Source of the DNA: Deinococcales bacterium
GTDB lineage: Bacteria > Deinococcota > Deinococci > Deinococcales > JAAFIG01
Assembly (NCBI GenBank): GCA_043778225.1
Contig: JAYWGM010000024.1
Span: 1-36,694 of the forward strand
Reading direction: 5' to 3'
Length of the DNA: 36,694 nucleotides
A model generated the notes under the pieces. The model was given only the letters and a program-made list of their open reading frames with translations, made no database searches and was not told where the DNA came from. The stretch's first letter is position 1. Every line of letters begins with the position of its first letter. The position numbers were made by a program, and so were the translations under genes. This document shows, one piece after another, positions 27,129-36,432 of the stretch.

Positions 27129-27561
27129 TGCCTTGCCTGTCATCCTCGATACCAATACAATCAGCGAACTCCAACGCACAAAACCAGAGGCTCGAGTCAA
27201 AGCATGGTTTGATTTGCAAGTACCCAGTCAATCGTTTATCTCAAGTTTTACCATCGCAGAGATTGAAACAGGTATTTTTCAGTTACGTGATGCAAAAAAA
27301 GCTGAAGACCTACGTTTATGGCTCGAGACTTTTATTTTGCCGACTTTTCATAATCGAATTTTGCCTTTTGATACTGCCGCCGCTAGAATTTATGGACGTT
27401 GGGCAGGGGAGAACCGCAAAAAAGGAACTCCTTTAACGGTGACAGATACGCAAATAGCAGCGATTGCGTATGTGCATGGCTTGGTGGTAGCAACCCGAAA
27501 CACTCCTGATTTTGCATCGTTACCTGTGCGTTTGGTTAATCCGTGGGAATTTATAAAGTAG
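27121..27561 (+). CDS. vapC: VapC/PIN-domain toxin
   Basis: ILDTNTISE, TIAEI, D-QIAAIA, ATRN..DF, NPW. Confidence 0.92.
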   Translation: MTDALPVILDTNTISELQRTKPEARVKAWFDLQVPSQSFISSFTIAEIETGIFQLRDAKKAEDLRLWLETFILPTFHNRILPFDTAAARIYGRWAGENRKKGTPLTVTDTQIAAIAYVHGLVVATRNTPDFASLPVRLVNPWEFIK

Positions 27562-27587
27562 CGTGTGGCTCGAGAAAGGAGGTAATT

Positions 27588-28100
27588 TTGAAACTCGTTT
27601 TTCTGTATGGCGCTCCTGGAACAGGCAAACTCACTGTGGCTCGAGAATTAGCTGCTCTGACTGGTTTTCGCTTGTTTCATAATCATTTAACTGTAGACCT
27701 TGCCAAGTCCATTTTTGATTTTGGCACACCAGATTATCTCGAGTACGTGCGGTTTTTACGAGCCGATGCGTTTGCTCGAGCCGCTAAAGCCAATGTGACC
27801 CTGATTTTTACCTTCTGGTTTTCTCGAGATTCTCAAATTTCGGTGCAGCATTATCAGCGTATCATTGAAGAAAATAAAGGAGAGGTCATGTTTATAAAAC
27901 TCTTTTGTCCACCGCATATTCTCGAGCCACGAGTTCTTAGCCCTGAGCGCAAGAACTGGAAAATCTCGAGTTTGGCTGGCTTACAAACTGCCCTCGAGAA
28001 TACGGATTTAGAGGCTGTGATTGCTGGTACAAAATTGGTTTTAGATACTTCGCACCTCGAGCCAAGTGCAGCAGCAGCCCAGATTGCAAAGTTTATGTAA
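27588..28100 (+). CDS. P-loop kinase-like (AAA_33-type) protein
   Basis: GAPGTGKLTVAREL, FHNH; TTG start after AAGGAGGT. Confidence 0.8.
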   Translation: MKLVFLYGAPGTGKLTVARELAALTGFRLFHNHLTVDLAKSIFDFGTPDYLEYVRFLRADAFARAAKANVTLIFTFWFSRDSQISVQHYQRIIEENKGEVMFIKLFCPPHILEPRVLSPERKNWKISSLAGLQTALENTDLEAVIAGTKLVLDTSHLEPSAAAAQIAKFM

Positions 28101-28144
28101 TCTATTTGCTTGAAGTTTCTCAAGTCATCCCAGATACTTTTGCC

Positions 28145-29107
28145 ATGAAACGAATACTTTTTGTGCTGGTCTTATCTGGCTTGGCATTGGCGGCAGATTT
28201 TCCAGACCCAAGCACCCATCCCAATAGCATTGTGGCGCTGCAAGCTAGGGCGTACACGGGTAGTGCCATCACGCTCGAGCGACGACTTGGTGATGGGGTC
28301 AATTACCGCCAGTGGGTGGCTTCGTATAAATCCGATGGGATTAAAATTCTGGCGCTTTTAACCATTCCAAAAGCTAAAGTACCAAAAGCTGGTTTCCCCG
28401 TGGTGGTCTTTAATCATGGCTATATTCCGCCTGAGCAGTACCGCACCACCGAAAAATACGTGGCGTACCAAGCTGGTTTTGCCAAAAATGGTTACATTGT
28501 TTTTAAGCCAGACTACCGTGGGCATGGTTTTTCGGGTGGCAAGCCTTCGAGTGCTTATTCTTCCCCAGATTATACCGTGGATGTGATGAATGCGGTTGCC
28601 AGCATCAAAAAACTGCCCCAAGCCAACTCGAGTAAAGTCGGTCTGTGGGGGCATAGCATGGGCGGATACTTATCGCTTCGAGCATTGGTGCTTGGGTCTG
28701 GGGCAAAAGCCGCTGTGATTTGGGGCGGCGTGGTTGCGCCGCATTTGGACATCATCAATTTTTGGAACTCGAGAAGTACAGCCGAAAATTCGCGCTATAG
28801 GCGTTATGCTGCTGAACGCGAAGCAATTTATAAAAAATTCGGTAGCCCTAAAGAAAACCCAGATTTTTGGAATGCCCTGAGCGCCAATACCTTTATCACT
28901 GCGCCAATCGCACCAGTTCAGTTGCATCATGGAATTACCGATGATGTTGTGCCAGTTGCATTCTCGAGAACCCTTTCGAGCCAGCTTAAAAAAGTTGGAA
29001 GCATGGTCGAGTTGTATGCCTACCCACGCACCGACCATAATCTAAGCCAGAGTTTTACAACCGCCATGCGCCGCAGTGTGGCTTTTTTCGATCGCTATCT
29101 CAAATAG
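28145..29107 (+). CDS. Secreted alpha/beta hydrolase (S9 peptidase-like)
   Basis: Signal peptide, NHGY, PDYRGHG, nucleophile elbow GHSMG, HG..D..VP, DHN. Confidence 0.88.
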   Translation: MKRILFVLVLSGLALAADFPDPSTHPNSIVALQARAYTGSAITLERRLGDGVNYRQWVASYKSDGIKILALLTIPKAKVPKAGFPVVVFNHGYIPPEQYRTTEKYVAYQAGFAKNGYIVFKPDYRGHGFSGGKPSSAYSSPDYTVDVMNAVASIKKLPQANSSKVGLWGHSMGGYLSLRALVLGSGAKAAVIWGGVVAPHLDIINFWNSRSTAENSRYRRYAAEREAIYKKFGSPKENPDFWNALSANTFITAPIAPVQLHHGITDDVVPVAFSRTLSSQLKKVGSMVELYAYPRTDHNLSQSFTTAMRRSVAFFDRYLK

Positions 29108-29117
29108 TTTTTAACTT

Positions 29118-29154
29118 GCTCGAGCAGCTTTTTTGGCTGCTCGAGCTTTTGTTT
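29118..29154 (+). terminator. Intrinsic terminator whose stem contains two CTCGAG sites
   Basis: GCTCGAGCAGC (29118-29128) / GCTGCTCGAGC (29136-29146), followed by TTTTGTTT. Confidence 0.8.
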
Positions 29155-29163
29155 GGCAATGGA

Positions 29164-29238
29164 TTGTGTAAATTGTACTACTAAAAATGTACATCAAGAC
29201 AAGTTTAATTTGACACTTTGACTAAAATACCGTATCTT
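29164..29238 (+). promoter_or_regulatory. Candidate operator plus sigma70 promoter of the second ABC operon
   Basis: TTGTGTAAATTGTAC (29164-29178); TTGACA (29210-29215), 17-nt spacer, TATCTT (29233-29238). Confidence 0.6.
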
Positions 29239-29303
29239 CTTGCATTCGTACTGTTCTAACGATGTCAGTACGCACTCGACTTACCTCGAGTACAAGGGGT
29301 GTT

Positions 29304-30323
29304 ATGAAAAAACGGTTTTTAGTGGCTGGGGTGTTTGGATTAACAGCGTTGGCATTGGCGCAACAACCAAAAGCGGTCAAGTTTGCTTTGGACTTTACGA
29401 TTCAAGGTCCGCAAGGAATGTTCTTACTGGCAAACGATAAAGGGTATTTGCAGCAAGAAGGCATTGCCATGACCATAGACCGTGGCTTTGGTTCGGGCGA
29501 CACAGTACAAAAAGTCGCGGCTGGCACATATGAAATGGGCTTTGGCGATATTAACAGCGCCATCGAATTTAACGCCAGAAACCCTGGTAAAGAAGTGATT
29601 GGCGTTGCCATGATTTACAACACCCCGCCTCATGCCGTCATGGCGGTCAAGGGTAAGGGCATCAATTCGCCCAAAGACCTCGAGGGTAAAACCTTGGCTG
29701 CTCCGGCTGGCGATGCGGCGCGGCGTTTATTTCCTGTCTATGCCAAAGCTGTTGGTATAGATGCCACAAAAGTCAATTTTATCAATGTCGATGCTGCCTT
29801 GCGCGAACCACTTTTGGCTCGAGGGCAGACCGACGCAATTACGGGTTTTGAATTCACCAGTGTTTTGAACCTCAAAGCTGCAAAAATTGAGGAAGATGAC
29901 TTGAATATCTTTATGTACTCGGATTACATCAAGAATTTATATGGCAACGCAGTGATCACCACCAAAGAATTTGCGACCAAAAATCCAGAAACGGTCAAAG
30001 CCGTGCTGCGAGCCTTCACTAAGTCTTGGAAAGACACCATTGCCAAGCCAGATGATGCGATTGCTTCGGTTATGAAACGCGACGGCTTACTGAATGCTTC
30101 GCTCGAGAAAGAACGCCTGATTCGGGTTCTAAAGCGCAACATTTATGTGCGTGATGTCGAACTTTTTGGGTTTGGTGCAGTGCGTAAAGACCGTTTGACT
30201 GGTACGATTAAACTCATTTCCGAGGCTTTTGGCTTGCCAGTTAAACTAACGGCAGATAATGTCTTTAGCGATAAATACTTGCCAGTCTTAGCTGAGCGTT
30301 TACCACCCAAAAAGGGCTTTTAG
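29304..30323 (+). CDS. ABC substrate-binding protein, NMT1/THI5-like
   Basis: Signal peptide; LDF..QGP, IDRGFGSGD, DLEGKTL, LYGN. Confidence 0.9.
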   Translation: MKKRFLVAGVFGLTALALAQQPKAVKFALDFTIQGPQGMFLLANDKGYLQQEGIAMTIDRGFGSGDTVQKVAAGTYEMGFGDINSAIEFNARNPGKEVIGVAMIYNTPPHAVMAVKGKGINSPKDLEGKTLAAPAGDAARRLFPVYAKAVGIDATKVNFINVDAALREPLLARGQTDAITGFEFTSVLNLKAAKIEEDDLNIFMYSDYIKNLYGNAVITTKEFATKNPETVKAVLRAFTKSWKDTIAKPDDAIASVMKRDGLLNASLEKERLIRVLKRNIYVRDVELFGFGAVRKDRLTGTIKLISEAFGLPVKLTADNVFSDKYLPVLAERLPPKKGF

Positions 30324-30336
30324 ATTTTACGCAGTG

Positions 30337-30362
30337 GGCGGACTTTTTTGTCCGCCTTTTTT
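30337..30362 (+). terminator. Terminator-like hairpin between binding-protein and ATPase genes
   Basis: GGCGGAC / GTCCGCC stem followed by TTTTTT. Confidence 0.7.
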
Positions 30363-30377
30363 GATGAGGTTTCAAGC

Positions 30378-31163
30378 ATGAATCAAACATTTCTCGAGCT
30401 AGAAGGCGTTTCTTTAACATATCCAAACACCACCAAACCAGCCATCGCTGACATGAACTTAAAAGTGGCTCGAGGCGAATTTATTGCGGTGGTCGGTGCT
30501 TCGGGGTGTGGTAAAAGCAGCATGATGAAACTGGTCTCGGGCTTATTTCCGGCTACCCAAGGGCAAGTTCGGCTCGAGGGCAAAGTGATTACTAAACCAA
30601 CGGGTAATGTTGGTATGGCGTTTCAGAATCCAACGCTTTTGCCATGGCGTAATGTTCTCGAGAATGTGCTGTTACCGCTCGAGGTGGTGCGAAAAAAGGA
30701 TTTCCGTAGTCATAAAACCGAATTTATGCTCGAGGTGCGCCGTTTGCTCGAGTTGGTTGGCTTACAAGATGTCGAAACCAAATTTCCTTGGCAGTTAAGC
30801 GGCGGAATGCAGCAGCGTGTCTCGTTGTGTCGAGCGCTGATTCATAAACCAGAAATTTTGCTGCTGGACGAACCTTTTGCGGCGCTCGATGCCTTTACCA
30901 AAGAAGAATTGTGGTTAGCGATGCAGGAACTCTGGCGTGCCACCAAATGCACCGTGGTGCTGGTGACTCACGACTTGCGCGAGGCGGTTTTTTTAGCCGA
31001 TACAATTTACCTCATGGGTGGAAAACCTGGACGGGTGATTACGCAAAGAAATAATCCTTTAGCGCGTCCTCGAGTCCTAGACGATGTTTATACTTCTGCT
31101 TATATTGCCGAAGTCCAAGACCTTCGCCATGCCATTGGCGAAGTCCGCGAGGTGGTCGCATGA
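30378..31163 (+). CDS. ABC ATP-binding protein, NitT/TauT family
   Basis: GASGCGKS, LSGGMQQR, LLDEPF, VTHDLREA. Confidence 0.95.
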   Translation: MNQTFLELEGVSLTYPNTTKPAIADMNLKVARGEFIAVVGASGCGKSSMMKLVSGLFPATQGQVRLEGKVITKPTGNVGMAFQNPTLLPWRNVLENVLLPLEVVRKKDFRSHKTEFMLEVRRLLELVGLQDVETKFPWQLSGGMQQRVSLCRALIHKPEILLLDEPFAALDAFTKEELWLAMQELWRATKCTVVLVTHDLREAVFLADTIYLMGGKPGRVITQRNNPLARPRVLDDVYTSAYIAEVQDLRHAIGEVREVVA

Positions 31164-31909
31164 CCAAAGCCGAACGATTTGCGCCGTATATCACGGTGAT
31201 TGGTTTTTTCCTGCTTTGGGAAATTGGAGTACGGCTGTTTAGGATAGAAGAATTTATTTTACCAACGCCAAGTGCGGCACTGGCAAAACTCTGGGAACTG
31301 CGTAGCCCAATTGCTGCTAATGCTTGGCAAACTGTTTGGACCAGCATGGTGGGTTTTAGCATCTCGGTGGTCGTCGGGGTTTTTCTAGGGGCTTTAATTG
31401 GCTACTCGAGACTGGCTTATGCCGCGCTTTATCCTTTTCTAGTCGGTTTTAACAGCGTCCCAAAAGCGGCGCTTGTCCCCATTTTTGTCATTTGGTTTGG
31501 GATTGGTTCGCCCCCAGCAATTCTGACCGCGTTTCTAATCAGTTTTTTTCCGATAGCCGTCAATGTTGCCACTGGGCTGGCGACGGTCGAACCCGAACTA
31601 CAAGATGTGCTGCGGGCGCTGGGTGCATCCAAAGCCGAAGTCTTTTTTAAGGTCGGGCTGCCGCGCAGCGCCCCGTATTTTTTTGCCTCCTTAAAAGTGG
31701 CGGTCACACTGGCATTTGTGGGCGCGGTCATCTCGGAAATTAGTGCCTCAAACGCGGGCATTGGCTACTTGATGATTTCTGCGTCCTCGAGCCTCCAAGT
31801 GCCTTTGGTTTACGCTGGGTTAATTACGATTGCGGCGATTGGCATTTTTTTCTATGCGATTTTTGCAATTCTCGAGACCCGTTTTACCAGTTGGGCGTAC
31901 CGAAAGTAG
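31160..31909 (+). CDS. ABC permease, NitT/TauT family
   Basis: ILPTPS, VPKAALVP, LRALGAS, G-G-YL; ATGA overlap. Confidence 0.93.
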   Translation: MTKAERFAPYITVIGFFLLWEIGVRLFRIEEFILPTPSAALAKLWELRSPIAANAWQTVWTSMVGFSISVVVGVFLGALIGYSRLAYAALYPFLVGFNSVPKAALVPIFVIWFGIGSPPAILTAFLISFFPIAVNVATGLATVEPELQDVLRALGASKAEVFFKVGLPRSAPYFFASLKVAVTLAFVGAVISEISASNAGIGYLMISASSSLQVPLVYAGLITIAAIGIFFYAIFAILETRFTSWAYRK

Positions 31910-31921
31910 TACAGTAAACGC

Positions 31922-32359
31922 ATGACTGCTGAACTCCTGAAACTTTTTAAGCGCGACCTCGAGAAACTGATAACTGAAATCGAAGCGTACCCGTCCGAAG
32001 AAAGCATCTGGCTTGTAACTGGCGAAATCAAGAATTCTGCTGGAAACTTAGTGCTGCATTTAATCGGCAACTTAAATCATTTTATTGGCACAAAACTGGG
32101 CAATACGGATTTTGTGCGTGACCGCGATGCTGAATTTGCAGTGCGCGACGTGCCTCGAGCCGAGTTAATAGGAAAACTGCACGATACCATGGCGGTTCTC
32201 GAGACTACCCTGCCGACTTTGGACACAGCTGCCCTCGAGGCAACATTTCCACTCGAGGTGCTGGGCTACCCAATGACCACAGGCTACTTTTTGATTCATT
32301 TGTACGGACACCTGAGTTATCATCTTGGGCAAGTCAATTACCATCGGCGTTTGGTTTAG
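31922..32359 (+). CDS. DinB-superfamily protein (DUF1572-like)
   Basis: NSAGNL-LHL-GNL, RDRDAEF, HLSYHLGQ. TACAGT 6 nt before the ATG. Confidence 0.85.
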   Translation: MTAELLKLFKRDLEKLITEIEAYPSEESIWLVTGEIKNSAGNLVLHLIGNLNHFIGTKLGNTDFVRDRDAEFAVRDVPRAELIGKLHDTMAVLETTLPTLDTAALEATFPLEVLGYPMTTGYFLIHLYGHLSYHLGQVNYHRRLV

Positions 32360-32577
32360 TAATGCTCGAGTTTTGACAGCACATCTCGAGCTTCGCTTGG
32401 GTCGGTGATGGCGAGTTTAGAACCGCCCTCAAAGTAGAGTACCAAACTGACATTGCTTGCCGAGGCTTGGGCTGGCGCATTGCGCCCAACACCCGCGCCT
32501 AGACTGCCAGAGACTTCGTAATACTGAATACTCTCGAGATTCACGCCACGATGACCGACTCTTAAAAATTTTGCCAT
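32356..32577 (-). CDS. Small hypothetical protein
   Basis: 73 aa filling the gap between neighbours; TAGAAT 6 nt before the ATG. Confidence 0.65.
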   Translation of the reverse strand: MAKFLRVGHRGVNLESIQYYEVSGSLGAGVGRNAPAQASASNVSLVLYFEGGSKLAITDPSEARDVLSKLEHY

Positions 32578-32607
32578 GCGCTTATTCTATCACTGGATGC
32601 TGTGTTT

Positions 32608-33153
32608 CTACACCCACCACTCGAGCGAATGCCCCATGATTGGGGCGGCTTCGTCTGGATGCAGCACTCGAGAAAGGGTGTACAGATTGTCTCGAGGTTT
32701 TTGATGAACCTCGAGCGTGTTGTTGTGCAGATTGTAAATCCAATACTCGGGAATTGCATTTCTGGCATATGCCTCGAGTTTGTCGGTTTGGTCACGGTGC
32801 AAGGTTTTGTCTGAAATTTCAATCACAAGGAGGGTATCGGCAGACGTGGCATTTTCACTGGCGTACCGACTGCGAGGTGGAATTCGTAATGCAATGTCTG
32901 GTTCAACAAAATCAGGTGGAGGCGAAAGCAATATGCAAGGAAGTTGAACGGCAACAGTGGCTTTTTTTCCGAGTAATTCCTTGAGTATTTCATCCAAAGT
33001 CTGAACTGCATACGCATGGCGTGGGCTTTGCATTCCTTTCACAGTAATTTCTCCATTTAGTAATTCTACGTGTTGGTCTGCAAACATTTCTAAATCTGAT
33101 ATCTGTTCAAATTCGGTAAACGAAAATTTTCGTGGTTTATCCGCCGATGACAA
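32608..33153 (-). CDS. Uma2-family PD-(D/E)xK nuclease-like protein (start approximate)
   Basis: VELLNGEI, SPRH, EPD, LLVIEISD, K..AYA...IPEYWI. Confidence 0.85.
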   Translation of the reverse strand: MSSADKPRKFSFTEFEQISDLEMFADQHVELLNGEITVKGMQSPRHAYAVQTLDEILKELLGKKATVAVQLPCILLSPPPDFVEPDIALRIPPRSRYASENATSADTLLVIEISDKTLHRDQTDKLEAYARNAIPEYWIYNLHNNTLEVHQKPRDNLYTLSRVLHPDEAAPIMGHSLEWWV

Positions 33154-33300
33154 GCTAAGTGCTTGTTGTCTTATGATTAAATCACTCGTCAAATTTTGCT
33201 CGAGAACCTGAGTCACGTATTTAGTGTATATTATTCTGCGCGATTTTTGTTGAATCGCTAAAATTTTAGATTTGTGGTCTCGAGCCACACGGAGGTTGTC

Positions 33301-35157
33301 ATGAAGCACGAATTCCAAACCGAAGTCAGTCAATTGCTGCATTTAATCATTCATTCGTTATACAGCCATAAAGAAATTTTTTTGCGCGAGCTTGTGTCCA
33401 ACGCCTCGGATGCACTTGATAAGTTTAAGTACGCCACGATTACCGATGAGCGCTTTAAGGAGGCTACTTGGTCGCCGCGCATAGACGTTCGTTTTACCGA
33501 AGGCTCGGTTCGATTGCTCGAGATTGAGGACAATGGCATTGGGATGTCCGAAAGCGACTTAATCGAAAACCTCGGCACGATTGCCAAAAGCGGCACAAAG
33601 AATTTTATGGCGCAACTCAGCGGCGATGCCAAAAAAGACTCGAATTTAATTGGACAGTTTGGTGTGGGTTTTTACAGTGTTTTTATGGTTGCCAGCAGTG
33701 TCGAAGTGGTCAGTCGTAAAGCTGGTGAGGAAATCGCCAGCAAATGGACATCCGATGGTCAGGGTGGTTATGAACTCGAGGCAGTACAAAAAGAAAACCA
33801 AGGAACACTGATTCGCTTATTCCTCAACGATGAAGGCACAGAATACGCCAACCGTTGGCAACTCGAGCAACTGATTAAAAAATACAGCAATCACATTGCT
33901 TTTCCGATCTTCCTGCATTTTGAAAAAACCGAGTATGGCAAGGACGGCGCGGAAAACACCGTCACAGCCGCCGTTGAGCAAGTCAATAGCGCCAATGCGA
34001 TCTGGTCTCGAGCCAAGTCGGATTTAAGTAAGGAAGATTACACCGAGTTCTATAAATCGGTCTCGCATGGCATGGACGAACCACTGTTCTGGTCGCACGT
34101 CAAAGCCGAAGGAATGTTGCAGTACACCAGTTTATTGTACATCCCCAAAACCGCGCCGTTTGATTTGTACCACGCCAATTTCCAACCGGGTGTAAAGCTC
34201 TATGTGCGCCGTGTTTTTATCACCGATGACGATAAAGAACTGCTGCCGACATGGTTGCGTTTTGTGCGCGGCGTGATTGACTCCGAGGACTTGCCACTCA
34301 ATGTTTCTCGAGAAATTCTGCAACAAAATAAAGTCATGAAAAACATCCGTACTGCCACAGTCAAAAAGTTGTTGTCTGAATTCTCGAGAATTAAGAACGA
34401 AGAACCCGAGACATGGGACACCTTTATTGCTGCCTTTAACCGACCATTAAAAGAAGGGCTGTACCAAGACCATGAAAACCGCGATGCCCTAGCAGAATTG
34501 GTGCGCTACAACTCGAGTCAAGAAACTGGCTTAACTGGTTTTGCCGAGTACATGTCCCGAATGCAGCCCGAACAAAAAGCCATTTATTACATCACTGGCG
34601 GTACAGAAGGCGTACTTCGCAACAGCCCGTTGCTCGAGGCGTACAACAAAAAAGGCATCGAAGTCTTAATTGCCTCGGATGAAATAGATGAAATTGTGAT
34701 TTCTGGCTATCCAAAATACAAAGAATACGACCTCAAAGCCGTCAACCGCTTAGAGACTGGCGAAGACCTAAAAACCGAAACCGACGAAGTTGCCGCCAAA
34801 GAAGCCGAACCGACGATCGAACGGGTTAAAAAAGCCCTAGGACTTGAAGTGAAGGATGTCAAAGCCTCGAGCCGCTTGCTCGAGAGTCCAGCTTGTGTTG
34901 TGACTGACGACACCGACCCAACTTTCCAAATGCAAGCCATGTTTCGTAGCATGGGGCGTGAATCGGAAATGCCAGCCATTAAACCAATCCTCGAGTTAAA
35001 CCCAAATCATCCGCTTATTATTGGGCTAAAAGATGCAACGGACAGTGTGGTGGATGATACAGCCCATGTCTTATTGGCGCAATCATTACTGCTCGAGGGA
35101 GCAGAAATTCCAGACCGAGTGGATTTTGTAAAGCGTTTGAACCGATTATTGGGTTAA
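33301..35157 (+). CDS. htpG: Molecular chaperone HtpG (Hsp90)
   Basis: FQTEV, LYSHKEIFLRELVSNASDA, DNGIGM, LGTIAKSGT, IGQFGVGFYS, DSEDLPLNVSRE; RBS GGAGG. Confidence 0.97.
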   Translation: MKHEFQTEVSQLLHLIIHSLYSHKEIFLRELVSNASDALDKFKYATITDERFKEATWSPRIDVRFTEGSVRLLEIEDNGIGMSESDLIENLGTIAKSGTKNFMAQLSGDAKKDSNLIGQFGVGFYSVFMVASSVEVVSRKAGEEIASKWTSDGQGGYELEAVQKENQGTLIRLFLNDEGTEYANRWQLEQLIKKYSNHIAFPIFLHFEKTEYGKDGAENTVTAAVEQVNSANAIWSRAKSDLSKEDYTEFYKSVSHGMDEPLFWSHVKAEGMLQYTSLLYIPKTAPFDLYHANFQPGVKLYVRRVFITDDDKELLPTWLRFVRGVIDSEDLPLNVSREILQQNKVMKNIRTATVKKLLSEFSRIKNEEPETWDTFIAAFNRPLKEGLYQDHENRDALAELVRYNSSQETGLTGFAEYMSRMQPEQKAIYYITGGTEGVLRNSPLLEAYNKKGIEVLIASDEIDEIVISGYPKYKEYDLKAVNRLETGEDLKTETDEVAAKEAEPTIERVKKALGLEVKDVKASSRLLESPACVVTDDTDPTFQMQAMFRSMGRESEMPAIKPILELNPNHPLIIGLKDATDSVVDDTAHVLLAQSLLLEGAEIPDRVDFVKRLNRLLG

Positions 35158-35161
35158 AACT

Positions 35162-35208
35162 GTAGGGCGAATGACTCAGCCCGATAGGTGCAACTTCAGG
35201 GTCAAGAC
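35162..35208 (+). repeat. REP-like 5' half (GTAGGGCGAAT) followed by the second copy of the 36-bp element
   Basis: GACTCAGCCCGATAGGTGCAACTTCAGGGTCAAGAC at 35173-35208. Confidence 0.75.
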
Positions 35209-35224
35209 GTTAGGTAAAACCTTA

Positions 35225-35261
35225 ACTTTTGACCCTTTAACCTTTTGACCTTTTCACCCTA
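35225..35261. repeat. 8-nt tandem repeat arm related to 2314-2370
   Basis: cttttgac-cctttaac-cttttgac-cttttcac. CCTTTTCACCCTA (35249-35261) is the exact reverse complement of 2314-2326. Confidence 0.7.
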
Positions 35262-35271
35262 TGCTCTACCC

Positions 35272-36432
35272 ATGTCAAACTTTGATAGCCTCGAGCCAAG
35301 CCGACTGCGTGACCCATACTCGATTAAATGGAATTTGTATCCCGAAGGTGTGCTGCCGCTTTGGGTAGCCGATATGGATTTCCCAATGAGCCAAAGCATT
35401 AAAAAAGCGATTGTGGCACGACTCGAGTATAATGTTGGGTATCCGCACATGGCTGGCGACCCGCGCTTACTTGAGGCGATTATTCACCAACAAGCGGGCT
35501 ATGGTCTCACTGGACTCGAAGCCAAGCACCTGATGTTGGTCTCGAGTGTTGTACCGGGCTTATATGCCAGTATTCAGGGCTTAACCGAAATTGGCGATGA
35601 GGTCATAACCCAAACCCCAATTTACCCACCGTTTTTAACCAGTGTCCGTGACCATGGGCGGATTGCCCTCGAGAATCCAATGATTTGCCGCGAATCTGGC
35701 TGGGAAATTGATTTTGACCACCTCGAGACACTGGTCAGTCCAAAAACCAAAGTCTTGATGCTGTGTAACCCACACAATCCAACTGGACGGGTTTTTGTCC
35801 GTTCCGAACTCGAGCGATTGGCTGCTTTTGTGTTGCGCCACGATTTATTGGTGATTACCGACGAACTTCATTCGATGCTGCGGCTCGAGGGTGAACACCT
35901 TGCTTTTGCCAGCCTTAGCCCAGAAATGGCAGCCCGCACCGTGACGCTGACCGGACCATGCAAAGCCTTCAATACCGCCGGATTAGGTGGTGGTGTGATT
36001 ATTGCCCAAAATACAGAATTGCTCGAGCGCATCAAAAAAGCCACCAAAGGCTTATTGGGACACCCCAATGTGCTTGGTATGGAAATGTGGCGGGTCGGAC
36101 TCGAGGAAAGCACGGCTTGGCTCGAGGAAACCCTGACGTACCTCCGTGCCAACCGCGATTTTTTAAGCACTTGGCTCGAGCAACACTTGCCTGAAGTGGA
36201 TTGTATCCCAGCCCAAGGCACCTATTTGGCATGGATGAATTTTAATAAATTCCCATTTGCCCAAGATATTTTTAAGATTTTACTCGAGGAAGCCAAGGTG
36301 GGCTTAAACGATGGACCACCATATGGGCAGGGCTATTCGGGTTGGGTACGGATTAACTTTGCGACCTCTCGAGCCATTCTGACCCAAGCCCTAACGCGCA
36401 TTGAGACTTGTATTCGCGCTCGGGTGGATTGA
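35272..36432 (+). CDS. MalY/PatB-family PLP enzyme (cystathionine beta-lyase-like)
   Basis: S-KW, LPLWVADMDF, PIYPPF, LCNPHNPTG, DELH, K-FN-AGL, TYLAW, RINFAT. TATGCT 6 nt before the ATG. Confidence 0.92.
   Translation: MSNFDSLEPSRLRDPYSIKWNLYPEGVLPLWVADMDFPMSQSIKKAIVARLEYNVGYPHMAGDPRLLEAIIHQQAGYGLTGLEAKHLMLVSSVVPGLYASIQGLTEIGDEVITQTPIYPPFLTSVRDHGRIALENPMICRESGWEIDFDHLETLVSPKTKVLMLCNPHNPTGRVFVRSELERLAAFVLRHDLLVITDELHSMLRLEGEHLAFASLSPEMAARTVTLTGPCKAFNTAGLGGGVIIAQNTELLERIKKATKGLLGHPNVLGMEMWRVGLEESTAWLEETLTYLRANRDFLSTWLEQHLPEVDCIPAQGTYLAWMNFNKFPFAQDIFKILLEEAKVGLNDGPPYGQGYSGWVRINFATSRAILTQALTRIETCIRARVD

Noticed and set aside
26868..27561. Phd-VapC pair as a novel system
   Set aside because: Ordinary type II toxin-antitoxin organisation with canonical motifs.
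32608..33153. Uma2 nuclease as the CTCGAG-recognising factor
   Set aside because: Uma2-family genes are common multicopy genes; there is no adjacent methyltransferase or other link.
33180..33300. HAIR (HspR) or CIRCE heat-shock operator upstream of htpG
   Set aside because: Only a half-site-like CTGAGT was found, with no matching inverted half at the right spacing.
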